Shown here piece after piece: positions 12,882 through 26,800 of a DNA stretch of 38,196 bases. The notes beneath the pieces are model-generated. The model did not search any database. It saw only the letters and a list, made by a program, of their open reading frames with translations, and was not told the origin of the DNA. This DNA comes from Eledone cirrhosa. Taxonomy: Eukaryota. Both the position numbers and the translations under genes were made by a program. Location of the stretch: assembly GCA_964016885.1 (NCBI GenBank), contig CAXHJY010000066.1, positions 1 through 38,196 on the forward strand, given 5' to 3'. The number at the start of each line of letters is the position of its first letter. The first letter of the stretch is position 1.

Positions 12882-15676
12882 ACCAGAACAACCTGCCACC
12901 CTCTACACACCATCATAAACTGAGAGCAGGGTACAAATTGTTGTCCTTAAATGCTCGCAGTTTATGCAACAAGATACATCTGTTCGAATCCTACGTCAGA
13001 AGCATCGACCCTGACTTCATCACAGTCATGGAAACATGGGCACATTCCTTAATCTGTGATGGGGTTTTCACCATTACTGGGTACAACCTTTTCCGCAAGG
13101 ACCGCATTAACCGCCGTGGTGGTGGTGTGATGGTCTACGTTCGTTCAAACTTTTCGGTAATTCCTTGCGTTGATTTGAACGAATCACAGGAAGAAGTTTT
13201 TTTCTGTGACATATGTATGACCATGTCAACACTTCTGCTTGGTGTTGTTTATCGCCCCCCAAACTACCATCAGGACACACAGCTTTGCGATATCCTCAGA
13301 GTTGCTGCCAAGATGACTTCAATCATCCTGAGATCGATTGGGAAACCTTTCGTTGGCCACAGGGTGCAAACGATTTCCTTGAACTAGTGCTGGACTCAAA
13401 CTGGTCACAAGTAGTCACCTCTCCAACGAGAGGTGACAACACTTTGGACCTGATCTTCACCACTACTCCTGAAGTGGTTATCAGTTGTACTACTGAGGAA
13501 CCTCTAGGCGACTCTGATCATGCTATGATCATTGCCAATCTGGCACTTGAGGGCAGCAACAAAAACCAGAGCCATCTCCAATCTGCTTGCTTTGATTGGA
13601 AGAGGGCGGATTGGAACTTGTACTGCACTGAGCTACAGCGCCCAAACTGGCATGAGATGTATAACTCTGGAGATGTGAACTCTATACTCCAGAGCATCCT
13701 GGACTCAATATGGATAGCGTGTGCAGCATCAGTGCCACGGAAGCGGAAAAATAACCACTCCAAAAGTGCAATCTGGGAAACTTCAGCGGTCCGACTTGCC
13801 AGGAAAGAACGTCGGAACGCTGAACGGGAATATAAACTGCATAGATCAGATGCCAACAGAAAAAAGCGGAATAAATCTTCTAACCATCTCAAGCAAGTGA
13901 CAAAGAAGGCAGTGCTTGAATTTGAACAGTGCATCACAACCAATCCTGACAGTAAGGTGTTCTGGAAATATGTTCATTCAAAGCAGAGACATCACTCTCC
14001 AGTTGGTCCTCTTCGCAATCCCCACACAAGCCAGATCACTGACGATCCCAAGGAATGCGCAGAACTCATTGCTGAGTGCTATGCAAGTATTTTTACGGTT
14101 GAAAACCAGAATGTACCATCTCCACCATCTCTAACATCAAATTCCATAACAACTATGGAATTTACACCTGCAATGTTGCGACGTCACCTTAAGAATAAGC
14201 GCAACTATGCCTCCCCTGGTCTTGATGGTGTGACATACCTGCTTCTCAAACGTGGCAGGGATTTCCTTTTGCGCCAGCTTTCTTTTTTCTTTCAATACTG
14301 TCTCAGCAATGGTGCTACTCCGGAGCAGTGGAAAACTGCCAGTGTCATTCCCCTGTTCAAAAAGGGCAACCGCATGTCACCTGTCAACTATCGTCCAGTC
14401 AGTCTTACTAGCTGTATGGCCAAACTGATGGAATCCTGTTTTCAGAGAAACACTTTGGAACTTCTGGAGCTCTCACAGCCTCATCCGGCCCTCACAGTTT
14501 GGATTTATCCCTAACTCCAGCTGCTGTGATCAGCTTATCGAGTTCCTTGAGGACATCACCCGGATCACTGACAATGGCTCATGGGTGGATGTTGTTTACC
14601 TTGACTTTGCTAAGGCTTTTAATTCTGTGCCACACAAAAGACTTATGGCAAAACTCTCTGCAATGGGTGTGAGGGATGATCTTTTCGACTGGCTGAAATC
14701 CTTCATTCTCAGCCGAAAGGAAGTAGTCACGGTTCTAGGACAGCATTCTTCACCATATGAGATGTCATCTGGTGTACCACAGGGATCTGTTCTTGGTCCT
14801 CTTTTGTTTGTGGCATATATTAATGACATAGATGCCAACTTACAGTATGCCACGGTACTAAAATATGCAGATGACATCAAGCTGTACCTTGAAATCAAAA
14901 GGACTGATCCTGAAATTTACAACTCTTTCCTACAGTCAGACCTGGACACAATGCAGCAATGGATCACAGACTGTCAACTGAAGCTGGTTGTGGACAAGTG
15001 TACCACCATGCATTTTGGAAGGAAAAATCCAGCGTCCACATACTCCCTCCACAACACTGACATCAAAAAGTCCTCTTGTGAACGTGACATGGGCATTACT
15101 GTCAGCAACGATTTGCGTTGGACAAAGCATGTCTCTAAGATTGTCAAGAAGGCCAAGGGTGTCTTGGCATCACTCAGCAAGACCTTTGTTAGCCGCTCTC
15201 CAGCCATCTATTTGAAACTGTATACAGCTATGGTGCGACCACACTTGGAATTCGCATCATCAGTCTGGAACCCCTATCTTGCTCGGAACATTGACCTCCT
15301 GGAAACTGTTCAGAGACGTGCAACCAAGCGCATACCCTCCATCAGACACCTACCATACTCTGAACGCCTTGCTTCCCTGGGCATGGATTCATTGAAGCTC
15401 CGACGCCTGGCAATGGACTTGGTGAATACCCACAAAGTTTTTAACCATCTCGCCAACTGCAACCCTGAGCGCCTCTTTGATCTCCATGTGTCTAACACAC
15501 GTGGACATGCCTACAAGATAAGAAAACAGCACAGCTCCCATGACTTTCGCAGACATGTTTTCACGCTCAGAGTTGCTGAAGCATGGAACAAACTGCCTGC
15601 GTCAATTGTTAGCTGCCAAGACACTGCATCCTTTAAGACACTCATGCTTCCCGAAATACGCCAAAACTACACCTGA
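12872..15676 (+). pseudogene. LINE ORF2 (APE endonuclease + reverse transcriptase), two frameshifts
   Basis: LNARS, ETW, YRPP, DFN, SDH; NYRPVSLTS, YLDFAKAF, GVPQGSVLGPLLF, YADD, TRGH. Frame breaks near 13310 (deletion) and 14440. Confidence 0.93.
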
Positions 15677-15907
15677 TGTACCCCTTCCATACACATGCAC
15701 ACATGTGTGTATCATGACTCGTGCACTGTTCATTTTACTGATGTTTGTGCATTGCCCTATGTACTGTACATGCACTTTTTTGATGAGTTGTGGTGCACCT
15801 GGGCACTGTACACAATATTTCATTATTGTTATTGTTATTATATCATGACTCATACACTGTTCATTTTCCTGACATTATTCTATGTACTATACATGCACCT
15901 TTGATGA

Positions 15908-16996
15908 GTATGTAGGAAAGGTGTAGGTAGGAACTCCATTCTCTGCCCCAAATGCAAACAATGGGTACACAAGAGATGTAGCAGGATCTCAGGAAGCTTA
16001 ATTAAGAATGTAGGATTCACATGCAGCAGCTGTGCTGAAACAGCAAGCAAACAGCCACAGGAAACAAGTACCACCAATCTCTGGGAGGGCCCTGTAGAAA
16101 CAGTAGACAACTTCTGCTACCTAGGTGACCGAATTAGCAACGGAGGTGGGTGCTCAGAAAGTACAATAACTAGGGTAAGAACGGGATGGAAGAAGTTTAG
16201 GGAACTACTACCACTGCTAGCTGCAAAAGGCTTCTCCCTCAGAATGAAAGGCAGACTGTATGATGCGTGTATCCGAACAGCGATGTTGCATGGTAGTGAG
16301 ACCTGGGCGCTGAAGGTGGAGGACTTAAGTAGATTAGAGAGAAACGAAGCCTGCATGCTCCGATGGATGTGTAACAGTAATATACGTGAACGACAAAGCA
16401 TAAAGGAATTGAGAGAGAGACTGAGCATAAGAGGAATCAAATGCTGCGTGCAGGAGAGGCGGTTACGTTGGTATGGACATGTGATGCGTATGAAGGATGA
16501 CAGTTGCATAAAAAGGTGCAGAGCACTAGAAGTTGATGGAAACCGCGGAGTGGGGAGACCCAAGATGACTTGGGATGAGGTGATAAAAGCCGACCTTACC
16601 CAACTATACCTCTCAAAGACAATGACACACGACCGTGACTTCTGGCGTCACGCAGTAATACAGGGTACTCGACCTCCCATGGGTACGTGCTGAAGCATAT
16701 AAACAATATGCCCCCACTCCCCCCACCGCAAGGTGGTCGTGGAGGTGCCACGGCAAAAAAGCACCCAGCCCACACTGTAAAGTGGACGTGTAGGCGCCAC
16801 GAAAAAGCACCCAGCACTCACTGTAAATGAGGTTGGTGTTAGGAAGGGCATCCAGCTGTAGAAATCAAGCCAGATCAGTTCCTGTATGAGCAAGGCATGG
16901 TCAGCCGACCAGACACTACCCACAACAGGACAACCCGTCTAACCCATGCTAGCGTGGAAGAACGGACGTAAAACGGTGATGATGATGGTGATGATG

Positions 16997-16997
<1 letters not shown>
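15908..16997 (+). mobile_element. 5'-truncated RTE LINE with extended 3' region and (TGA)n tail
   Basis: Open frame 15908-16693 (CRKGVGRNSI, WVHKRC, FCYLGD, LRWYGHV, GRPKMTW) homologous to the ORF at 23893-26961. Confidence 0.92.
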
Positions 16998-17038
<41 letters not shown>

Positions 17039-17302
17039 ATGTTATATATATATATATATATTATATTATATATATATATATATATATATTATATTATATA
17101 TATATATTATATTATATATATATTTATATATATATATTATTGTTATACTTTGGGAGGGTCATGTTGCCAATAAGAAACACACGCACCGGTTGCTTTCACT
17201 TCAATTTATTATATATTTATAAATTTATAAATTTACAAATCTACAAACTTATAAATTTCTGGTTGGTTGGTTGGTTCCACAACCAGATAGTTGTTTATAT
17301 AT

Positions 17303-17347
17303 AGTCATAGTCCTTTCGTCACACACTCTGTGACCTCTTCAGTGACT
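17303..17347 (-). ncRNA. Minimal type I HHR, family F (inverted arm)
   Basis: Reverse complement of the motif at 19105-19149. Confidence 0.85.
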
Positions 17348-17554
17348 GGGGATTCCTTCTTTGTTTCTGTGCCTTTCCTTTCTTCTGTCCTACGCCATTT
17401 TGTTTCTGTGTGTGTGTTGTGTGCTCAGTTTGCGCATGCGCCACATCCGGGTGTCTGTGTGTGTTTGTGTTCATTTATCTATTTGTTTATTTATTTATTT
17501 ATTTATTGTTGGTTGGTTGTTTGTTCTATGTGTGTGTGTGTTTTCATTTTGTCC

Positions 17555-19045
17555 TTAATTGTAAGTTGTGATGTTGCTGTTCCACTCATATTTTCTATTT
17601 AATTTTGGTTGTAATTCTTTTATGCTTACTGCCTCTGTAATTTGCCTAAACATTGCATCTTTTCTGTGTGTGGATTCTATTTTTATTTCTATGTTCTCTA
17701 ATTTACCCCTGTGTTCTATCTTAGCAAGTTGGTAGAGCGCAGATGATTCTTTATTATCTTGAAGGTCTCGCCAGTGTTCATTTATTCGTTCCCCTATACT
17801 ACGAGCTGTCTCACCTATGTACACTATATTTTTGTTTCTACATTGTCCTTCAGTACATCTTATGCTATACACTACATTTCTAGTTTTACAGTTAATATGG
17901 GGGCTTATTTTACAGGTTATACATTTCTTATCTATACATGAGGGTCTTTGGAACGGGTATGTCTTGCTAATAAGTGTTTTTACGGAGGTACCTGGTCTTT
18001 CTACTATCTTAATATTGAGTTTATGTTTATTTAGGGCCCTTCTAAATTTGTAGGCTAGTTCGCCTCTAGGGGTTGTATTGATGAACATTACACTCTGGTA
18101 TTTATTGCTATCATACCATGAGTTTATTCTATTGGCCTTGTTCCTAGTTCTTTCTATTCTATTCCAAAATTTGCTCCTATACAAGGGGCAGGTCCCATTT
18201 ATGTCATTATTTACCATTTTTTCCCATTTGGTTCTGGCTCCTCTATACACTCTGATTCTATCTCTCTGATTGTAGCCAGAGAACTGCATACGGTGGATGA
18301 AGTGTTGTATGTGTCTCTCTAGTTCTTCGGGGTTGCACATGCGGGACACATTTCTCATCACCCGTACCAAATCCGCAATCAGTATGTTGATTTTGGTATG
18401 GTCCGAAATGGCCGAGTTTCGGTGGATCAGATGTTTGGAAGTCATGGGTTTGGCATAATGGGAATGGAGGATTTGTTTTTGGTTGTTAATGGTATCTAAC
18501 CAGAGCTCTGTGTCTAGTACAGGTAATCGATGGTTGGGGTGTCTACTTGGGTAGTCTATAGTAACTCTAATGCTCTGGTGGATGGAGTTTGCTATTTGCT
18601 GGATGCTTTCCATTGTGTTTTTCTCTAGTTCCTGACTGTTCTTTAGTGGGGGTGTCTTAACTACGATGTTTTTATCATCTACGTAGCGGGAGTACATTAT
18701 CAGGGTTAAGCTGTCTTCTAATTGTTCTTTAAGTTTTTGTTTAAGTCTACTGTCCCACCATACCATGAATAAGTTAGCTATGTCGCCTGCAATGCTAACA
18801 CCAATGGCTGCTCCTTCCTCTTGGGCATATGTTTTACCATTAAATTTGAACATATGTTCCTTAAGGGTTAATTTTATGCTGGCCCCTACCGCATGTGCAA
18901 TCATTTTCTTCAGTTCATCGTGGTTTTCGGGTGTCCGTATGGCTCTGGTCCACCCGTTCCATCTATCTGTGTGGGTTTTCTTGGCCATTGAGGTAATGGT
19001 AGGTGGTCTGCCTCTTGCTGGTCTTGTAGGGCACAGGTTGCTAAG
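17555..19045 (-). pseudogene. Inverted 5'-truncated copy of the PLE ORF (RT C-terminal half + GIY-YIG)
   Basis: Near-identical to ORF 21544-22977; the N-terminus given in the ORF track is a junction artefact. Confidence 0.93.
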
Positions 19046-19104
19046 AAACAAAATGGCGTAGGACAGAAGAAAGGAAAGGGACAGAAACAAAGAAAGGAAT
19101 CCCC

Positions 19105-19149
19105 AGTCACTGAAGAGGTCACAGAGTGTGTGACGAAAGGACTATGACT
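19105..19149 (+). ncRNA. Minimal type I HHR, family F (upstream pLTR)
   Basis: agtca CTGAAGA g-gtcaca-gagtg-tgtgac GAAA ggac TA tgact. Confidence 0.88.
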
Positions 19150-19289
19150 ATATATAAACAACTATCTGGTTGTGGAACCAACCAACCAACCAGAAATTTA
19201 TAAGTTTGTAGATTTGTAAATTTATAAATTTATAAATATATAATAAATTGAAGTGAAAGCAACTGGTGCGTGTGTTTCTTATTGGCAAC

Positions 19290-22200
19290 ATGACCCTCCC
19301 AAAGTATAACAATATCGGTTTCAACACACGATTTCAGATAAAGAATCTTGCTAAACAAATTCAGAAACGAAATATCGTAAGCCTTAGCCAGGCTAACAAG
19401 ATACTGAAAACCACCATGTTCTGTTGTCTACGAAAAACCATAACATCTCGACAACTATCCTTCATAAAGCTGTGCGCCACTTCCAAAATCTACACCAACA
19501 CCATCAATACCGACGTTAGAAGATTACAACTCACCAAAAAACAAGCAGATAGGCTAAAACGAACTTTAATTCTAAACATAAAAAAGAAGATCTATAGAGA
19601 ATTAAGTCATCAAGAAAAACAAAAGCGTAACCTAATACAAGAATTAGCTAGAATCACCACACCAAGAGAGAAACTAATATTTATAAGCCTTATACGCCCC
19701 GAAGAACAGTACATTACTCAAGAATGTGATAAGCACTTTAACAGGAAACTAAAGTGGCTTAAAGAGGCAAAGCTAAATCGGGATACTATAGAGTATACCA
19801 ATAGATATCCCGACAAAATTGACGGTATCAACATGGCCGACACCTCATTATCAGAAGAGTTCAACAACAAAAACACCAACATTTATGGGAACGCAAAAAT
19901 AGATAATGATGAAATGTCTGTGTTATGTCTGCCGCCCAAATTTGCGACATTCAAGAAGGTAAATATGATTAGTTGTCTGTCAGAAATAGAAAAATCATTT
20001 ACAAAACTACGCTGGAGCATCAAAAACAAAAGCAACAATATACGCACACACATATACAACACACATCCCAACAACAACAGACACACAGACACAAACAACA
20101 ATAACAACAACACACACATCAACAATAACAACAATAGCAACATACCCAGAAACAACAACAACAGACACGCAGACACAAACAACAATAACAACACACACAA
20201 CAACGATAACACACACGGAGACAACAACAACACACGTCAATAACAGCACACATCAACCACAACAACACACACGCATTCAATGCCTCTCACCACCACCACA
20301 ATCTTAACAAACACACAGACACAGAAAACAAGTAATGACAGTAGCACAGAAATCAGAGAAATAAGGGAAAGTAATAAGATTAAAAGGAAAAGGAGATGGG
20401 AGACTAAGGACAAAGAGAATAACCAAGACGAACACACAGACACACAAAATAGGGTAGATAACAACATTGAGCCAGTGGAAAGAGACAGGAGTAATTATGA
20501 GAGACATAGAAACAACCATGAGGCTGTCGGTGGAAATAGAAATAGAAACAACACAACTAACAATAACAATAGCACTAGTACACATAAAGCAGCAGCCTGG
20601 AACTCTCCGTTTTATAATCCCTCCGATAAATCATTCGACCTGCGACGAGTCCACGCCACGACTTTACCATTTAACAAACGCACGCAGTTGCCGTCGCAGG
20701 TCGATGAACAAACAGAAGCACAATTTAGTATAGCTAAATCCGAACTTAGAAATATTATAGAACAGTATAGCAAGAAGCATAATAGAATAGAGGCCCAGCA
20801 ACTGGGAGAAAAATCTGCAAATGGTTTGCGTAAGCTCATGCAGCGCTCACGTAATGGAGAGATAGCATGCTTTCCAACAGACAAGTCTGGCAGAATGTCG
20901 GTTGACAGCCTGCCAAACTACATCCAGGCAATGCAACCCACATCACTAACACAAGAGAGGTAACACCACAGGAGCATGAGGATAGAGAAAAAGCCCTCAA
21001 TGCCCATATGGTGATGTGGACGAATATAATGCAGCCCAACAAAAGGACTGCCAACAACTTCCAGGCCTGGAACAATGACGTGCCGGCGTTGTATGGGCTT
21101 CGAAAAGACCATAAAACGGGCTGTGACCCTGTCGCGGGTCCACCAACACGCCCAGTCTGTGGAGCTAACATTGCTAGTAACTACAGACTGTCCTACTTCC
21201 TCTCCCTGATCATACGCCCCATCATTGAGATGTCCCCAGATGTATGTGACAGCACGGAGGACCTCCTCAGCAGAATCGGCGCGAGTAACCGATCTGGGGA
21301 CCTAACAAACTGCATAATAGGCAGTATGGATGTTGTGTCCCTGTATCCATCTATTGACGTGGATTTTGCTGTGGAGAAATGCGTAGAAATGATCAGCGAG
21401 AGCAAGGTTGAGTTCCGTGGGATACCAGTGAGCTGGGACTTCTACTTAAGCTTACCCATAGTAATAGTTACCTAGACACTTATGACCTTAGCAACCTGTG
21501 CCCTACAAGACCAGCAAGAGGCAGACCACCTACCATTACCTCAATGGCCAAGAAAACCCACACAGATAGATGGAACGGGTGGACCAGAGCCATACGGACA
21601 CCCGAAAACCACGATGAACTGAAGAAAATGATTGCACATGCGGTAGGGGCCAGCATAAAATTAACCCTTAAGGAACATATGTTCAAATTTAATGGTAAAA
21701 CATATGCCCAAGAGGAAGGAGCAGCCATTGGTGTTAGCATTGCAGGCGACATAGCTAACTTATTCATGGTATGGTGGGACAGTAGACTTAAACAAAAACT
21801 TAAAGAACAATTAGAAGACAGCTTAACCCTGATAATGTACTCCCGCTACGTAGATGATATAAACATCGTAGTTAAGACACCCCCACTAAAGAACAGTCAG
21901 GAACTAGAGAAAAACACAATGGAAAGCATCCAGCAAATAGCAAACTCCATCCACCAGAGCATTAGAGTTACTATAGACTACCTAAGTAGACACCCCAACC
22001 ATCGATTACCTGTACTAGACACAGAGCTCTGGTTAGATACCATTAACAACCAAAAACAAATCCTCCATTCCCATTATGCCAAACCCATGACTTCCAAACA
22101 TCTGATCCACCGAAACTCGGCCATTTCGGACCATACCAAAATCAACATACTGATTGCGGATTTGGTACGGGTGATGAGAAATGTGTCCCGCATGTGCAAC

Positions 22201-22977
22201 CCCGAAGAACTAGAGAGACACATACAACACTTCATCCACCGTATGCAGTTCTCTGGCTACAATCAGAGAGATAGAATCAGAGTGTATAGAGGAGCCAGAA
22301 CCAAATGGGAAAAAATGGTAAATAATGACATAAATGGGACCTGCCCCTTGTATAGGAGCAAATTTTGGAATAGAATAGAAAGAACTAGGAACAAGGCCAA
22401 TAGAATAAACTCATGGTATGATAGCAATAAATACCAGAGTGTAATGTTCATCAATACAACCCCTAGAGGCGAACTAGCCTACAAATTTAGAAGGGCCCTA
22501 AATAAACATAAACTCAATATTAAGATAGTAGAAAGACCAGGTACCTCCGTAAAAACACTTATTAGCAAGACATACCCGTTCCAAAGACCCTCATGTATAG
22601 ATAAGAAATGTATAACCTGTAAAATAAGCCCCCATATTAACTGTAAAACTAGAAATGTAGTGTATAGCATAAGATGTACTGAAGGACAATGTAGAAACAA
22701 AAATATAGTGTACATAGGTGAGACAGCTCGTAGTATAGGGGAACGAATAAATGAACACTGGCGAGACCTTCAAGATAATAAAGAATCATCTGTGCTCTAC
22801 CAACATGCTAAGATAGAACACAGGGGTAAATTAGAGAACATAGAAATAAAAATAGAATCCACACACAGAAAAGATGCAATGTTTAGGCAAATTACAGAGG
22901 CAGTAAGCATAAAAGAATTACAACCAAAATTAAATAGAAAATATGAGTGGAACCGCAACATCACAACTTACAATTAA
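19290..22977 (+). pseudogene. PLE polyprotein (RT + Cys linker + GIY-YIG), disrupted by a stop at 20241 and frameshifts near 20938 and 21420
   Basis: LPPKFA, PTDKSGR, LYGLRKDHK..PTRPV, SMDVVSLYPSI, QEEGAAIG..IANLFM, RYVDD, LPVLD, C-x4-C-x2-C, VVYSIRC..YIGETARSIGERINEH. Confidence 0.93.
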
Positions 22978-23185
22978 GGACAAAATGAAAACACACACAC
23001 ACATAGAACAAACAACCAACCAACAATAAATAAATAAATAAATAAACAAATGGATAAATGAACAGAAACACACACAGACACCCGGAAGTGGCGCATGCGC
23101 AAACTGAGCACACAACACACACACAGAAACAAAATGGCGTAGGACAGAAGAAAGGAAAGGCACAGAAACAAAGAAAGGAATCCCC

Positions 23186-23230
23186 AGTCACTGAAGAGGT
23201 CACATAGTGTGTGACGAAAGGACTATGACT
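23186..23230 (+). ncRNA. Minimal type I HHR, family F (3' pLTR)
   Basis: agtca CTGAAGA g-gtcaca-tagtg-tgtgac GAAA ggac TA tgact. Confidence 0.88.
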
Positions 23231-23456
23231 ATATATAAACAACTATCTGGTTGTGGAACCAACCAACCAACCAGAAATTTATAAGTTTGTAGATTTGTAA
23301 ATTTATAAATTTATAAATATATAATAAATTGAAGTGAAAGCAACTGGTGCGTGTGTTTCTTATTGGCAACATGACCCTCCCAAAGTATAACAATATCGGT
23401 TTCAACACACGATTTCAGATAAAGAATCTTGCTAAACAAATTCAGAAACGAAATAT

Positions 23457-23870
<414 letters not shown>

Positions 23871-26800
23871 CATCATCATCATCATCATCATTTTACGTCC
23901 GCTTTTCCCTGCTTGCAAGGGTGGGACGGGTCTTATTCAGCACAGCATCTCTCCACTCGTCACGGTCCCTCGTCATCTCCACCGTGAGCTTCAATGATCT
24001 GAGGTCTGTTCTCACCACCTCCGCCCATGTTTTTCGTGGTCTACCTCTACCACGTCTTCCTTCAACTGGCATTTCCTGGCACTTCTTCACCCATCGGTCA
24101 TCCTCCATGCGCATCACATGTCCATACCACCTCAGTCTCCTCTCCCGTACACTACATTCTATCCCTCTCAGACACAGTTTCTCTCTCAACACATTTATGC
24201 TGGGTCGTTCACGCACATTTACACTGCACATCCAACGGAGCATGCTTGCCTCATTTCTCTCCAGCCGTCGCATATCTTCTGCGGTTGCTGCCCATGTCTC
24301 ACTACCATGCAGCATCGCGCTCCTCACACAGGCATCATACAACCGGCCTTTCGTACGCAGGGAGAAACCCTTCTTCGTCAACAGAGGAAGCAGCTCCCTA
24401 AACTTCTTCCAACCCGTCCTTATTCTAGATACTATGGCCTCGGAACACCCTCCTCCCATGCTAATCTGATCTCCTAGGTACCGGAAGCTATCCACCACTT
24501 CTATAGCGCCCTCTCGCATTTGAAAAATGTGTCTATCAGTGCGACTTCTACTGTCTAATTTCCCTGTACATCTACTGCATACATATTTCTCCCTACCTGT
24601 TAGTTTGCCTGCTATCCCGCTACATCTCTTGTGTACCCAGGACCTACATTGTGTGCATTTTATAGAATTTATGCCAGTTCCTTTTCTGCATATCGAACAT
24701 GGCCATTTCCCTGACGGAATCAGGGTTTTGTCCTCTTTTCTACTCATCAACACTTTTGTCTTAGCTAGATTTACTCTCAGTCCTCTTGCTTCCAACTGCT
24801 GTTTCCATAGCCGGAATTTATTCTCTAGCTCCTCTACTGATTCTGCCATAAGAGCCAGATCGTCAGCATAGAGAAGTTCCCATGGACAGCCAGTCTTAAA
24901 CTCCTCTGTTATGGCTTGGAGGACTATAATGAACAAGAGCGGGCTGAGGACCGAACCCTGATGTACTCCTACTTGTATCTGGAATTCCTCACTAAACTCC
25001 ATTCCTACCCTGACTTTACTGAGAGTACCTCTGTACAAAGTTTGCACTGTCCTCACAAGCCATTCCTCAACACCCAGCTTCCTTAAGGACCACCAGATGA
25101 CAGATCGGGGTACCCTATCAAAGGCCTTCTCTAGGTCAACAAAGGCTAAGTATAGTGGCTTATTCTTCTCTAAGAACCTCTCTTGCATTTGTCTCACCAA
25201 GAAGAGTGCATCTGTTGTACTCTTCCCAGGCACAAAACCAAACTGCATCTCATCTAGTTTGACCCTTTCTCTAATTAGTTGTGCTAAAATCCTTTCTGCC
25301 ACTTTCATAACCTGATCTATCAGTTTTATACCCCTATAATTGCTCCTCTCCAAAGCATCCCTTTTACCTTTGTAGCAATTTATGAGAATACTGCTGCACC
25401 AGTCTTTGGGTATGACACCACCATATATAGCCTGATTGATGATGCGTGCAACCAGTTTAGTGCCTACGTCCCCTGATGCCTTCAGCATCTCAGCAACTAT
25501 TCCCGATGGTCCGGCCGCCTTACCATTTTTCATTTCCCTAATCGCCTCTTGGACCCTATATTCGTCAATCTCAATAGCTGGTCCCTCTGTCGGATCTACC
25601 AAGGGTAATTTCTTTCTCTCCCATTCGTTCTCCACATTCATCAGTCTCTCATAATGACATTTCCAGGCCTCCTTTTTCTGGTCATTCGTGACACTAAGTA
25701 CACCGGCATCATCCCGGACACATTTATCACCAACAACATCCTGATTTGCATTGACACACTGCCTTGCAATGTGGAACACCGCACGCCTCTGATCTTCCCG
25801 TCGCAGAACATTGGCAAACCTCCTACTCTCTGCCTCCCTGCGTGCTAAGTACACCTGACGTCTAGCTTCTCTCTTAGTGGCTGTATATTCTTCCCTACTC
25901 CCACCCTTTTTCCAAGCGTTCCATGCTAGTCTTTTGTCTCTAATAGCCTTATCTACTGTGTTGTTCCACCACCAGGTCACTCTCTGTCTGGTTGGAGCTC
26001 TGCTCCAGCCACAGGTTTCATCAGTTGCCTTGAGCAAGTTGTCACGTAAGAACTTCCAGTTATTATTTATGTCATACGTCTCTAAATCGTCTTCTTTTTC
26101 GTCATATACATCTTGAAGGGCTTTCCTAAATTTGAATTTTAGTGAAAGGTCTTTTAGCTTCCAGACCTTTCTTCTCCACACCTTCCTATATGTCTCATTC
26201 CATCTCTTGCTTACTGAGATATCACTAACAACTAACCTATGCTGTGGGGTACATTCTTCCCCAGGGTATGCCTTGGTATTAGACACTATCTGCCTGTCCC
26301 GCTGCCTAACTAGCAGGAAGTCAATCTGGCTTATGTGCTCACCAGATTTGTAGGTTATTAGGTGATTGGCAGGTTTCTGGAAGTTTGTGTTGCAAATAGT
26401 CAATGTACTTGCATCACAAAATTCAAGAAGTCTCACTCCTTCTTCATTTCTTGAACCGTAACCGTGCCCACCATGTACCCCAGTGTAACCATCCTGGAGC
26501 TGTCCAACATGACCATTGAAGTCTCCTGCTAGCATAACGATGTCTCCGTCCTCTGTCATTGTGGTTGTTTGCAAAAGTTGCTCATAAAAGCAGTCTTTCT
26601 CATCTTTGCCTAGGCCTGCTTGGGGAGCATAGACCGAGATGATTGTCAGTAGTCTCCTACCTACAACTAATCTAAGCTTAATTATTCGATTACTAACTCG
26701 AACTACCTCTATTGTCTTATTGATCCATTTCTCAGCCAGGAAAATGCCTACTCCCCCTAACCCATCATCCTTACCTACCCAGAATAGCTTATAGCTAAGA

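Larger units (their letters stand above)
11423..15907 (+). mobile_element. Near full-length CR1-group LINE
   Basis: ORF1, ORF2, a 3' UTR ending in (TATTGT)n-like repeats near 15840, then a diverged partial second 3' UTR at 15841-15907. Confidence 0.93.
17138..23456 (+). mobile_element. Near-complete Penelope-like element (family F): inverted 1.9-kb arm 17138-19045, partial pLTR, full ORF, 3' pLTR with tail
   Basis: 17138-19045 is the reverse complement of 21487-23395; 19044-19375 is directly repeated at 23125-23456 (unit 4081 bp). Both outer ends lie in (TA)n. Confidence 0.95.

Noticed and set aside
17138-23456. LTR retrotransposon, or DNA transposon with long TIRs
   Set aside because: RT + GIY-YIG with no integrase or transposase; repeats are permuted pLTRs that include the ORF start.
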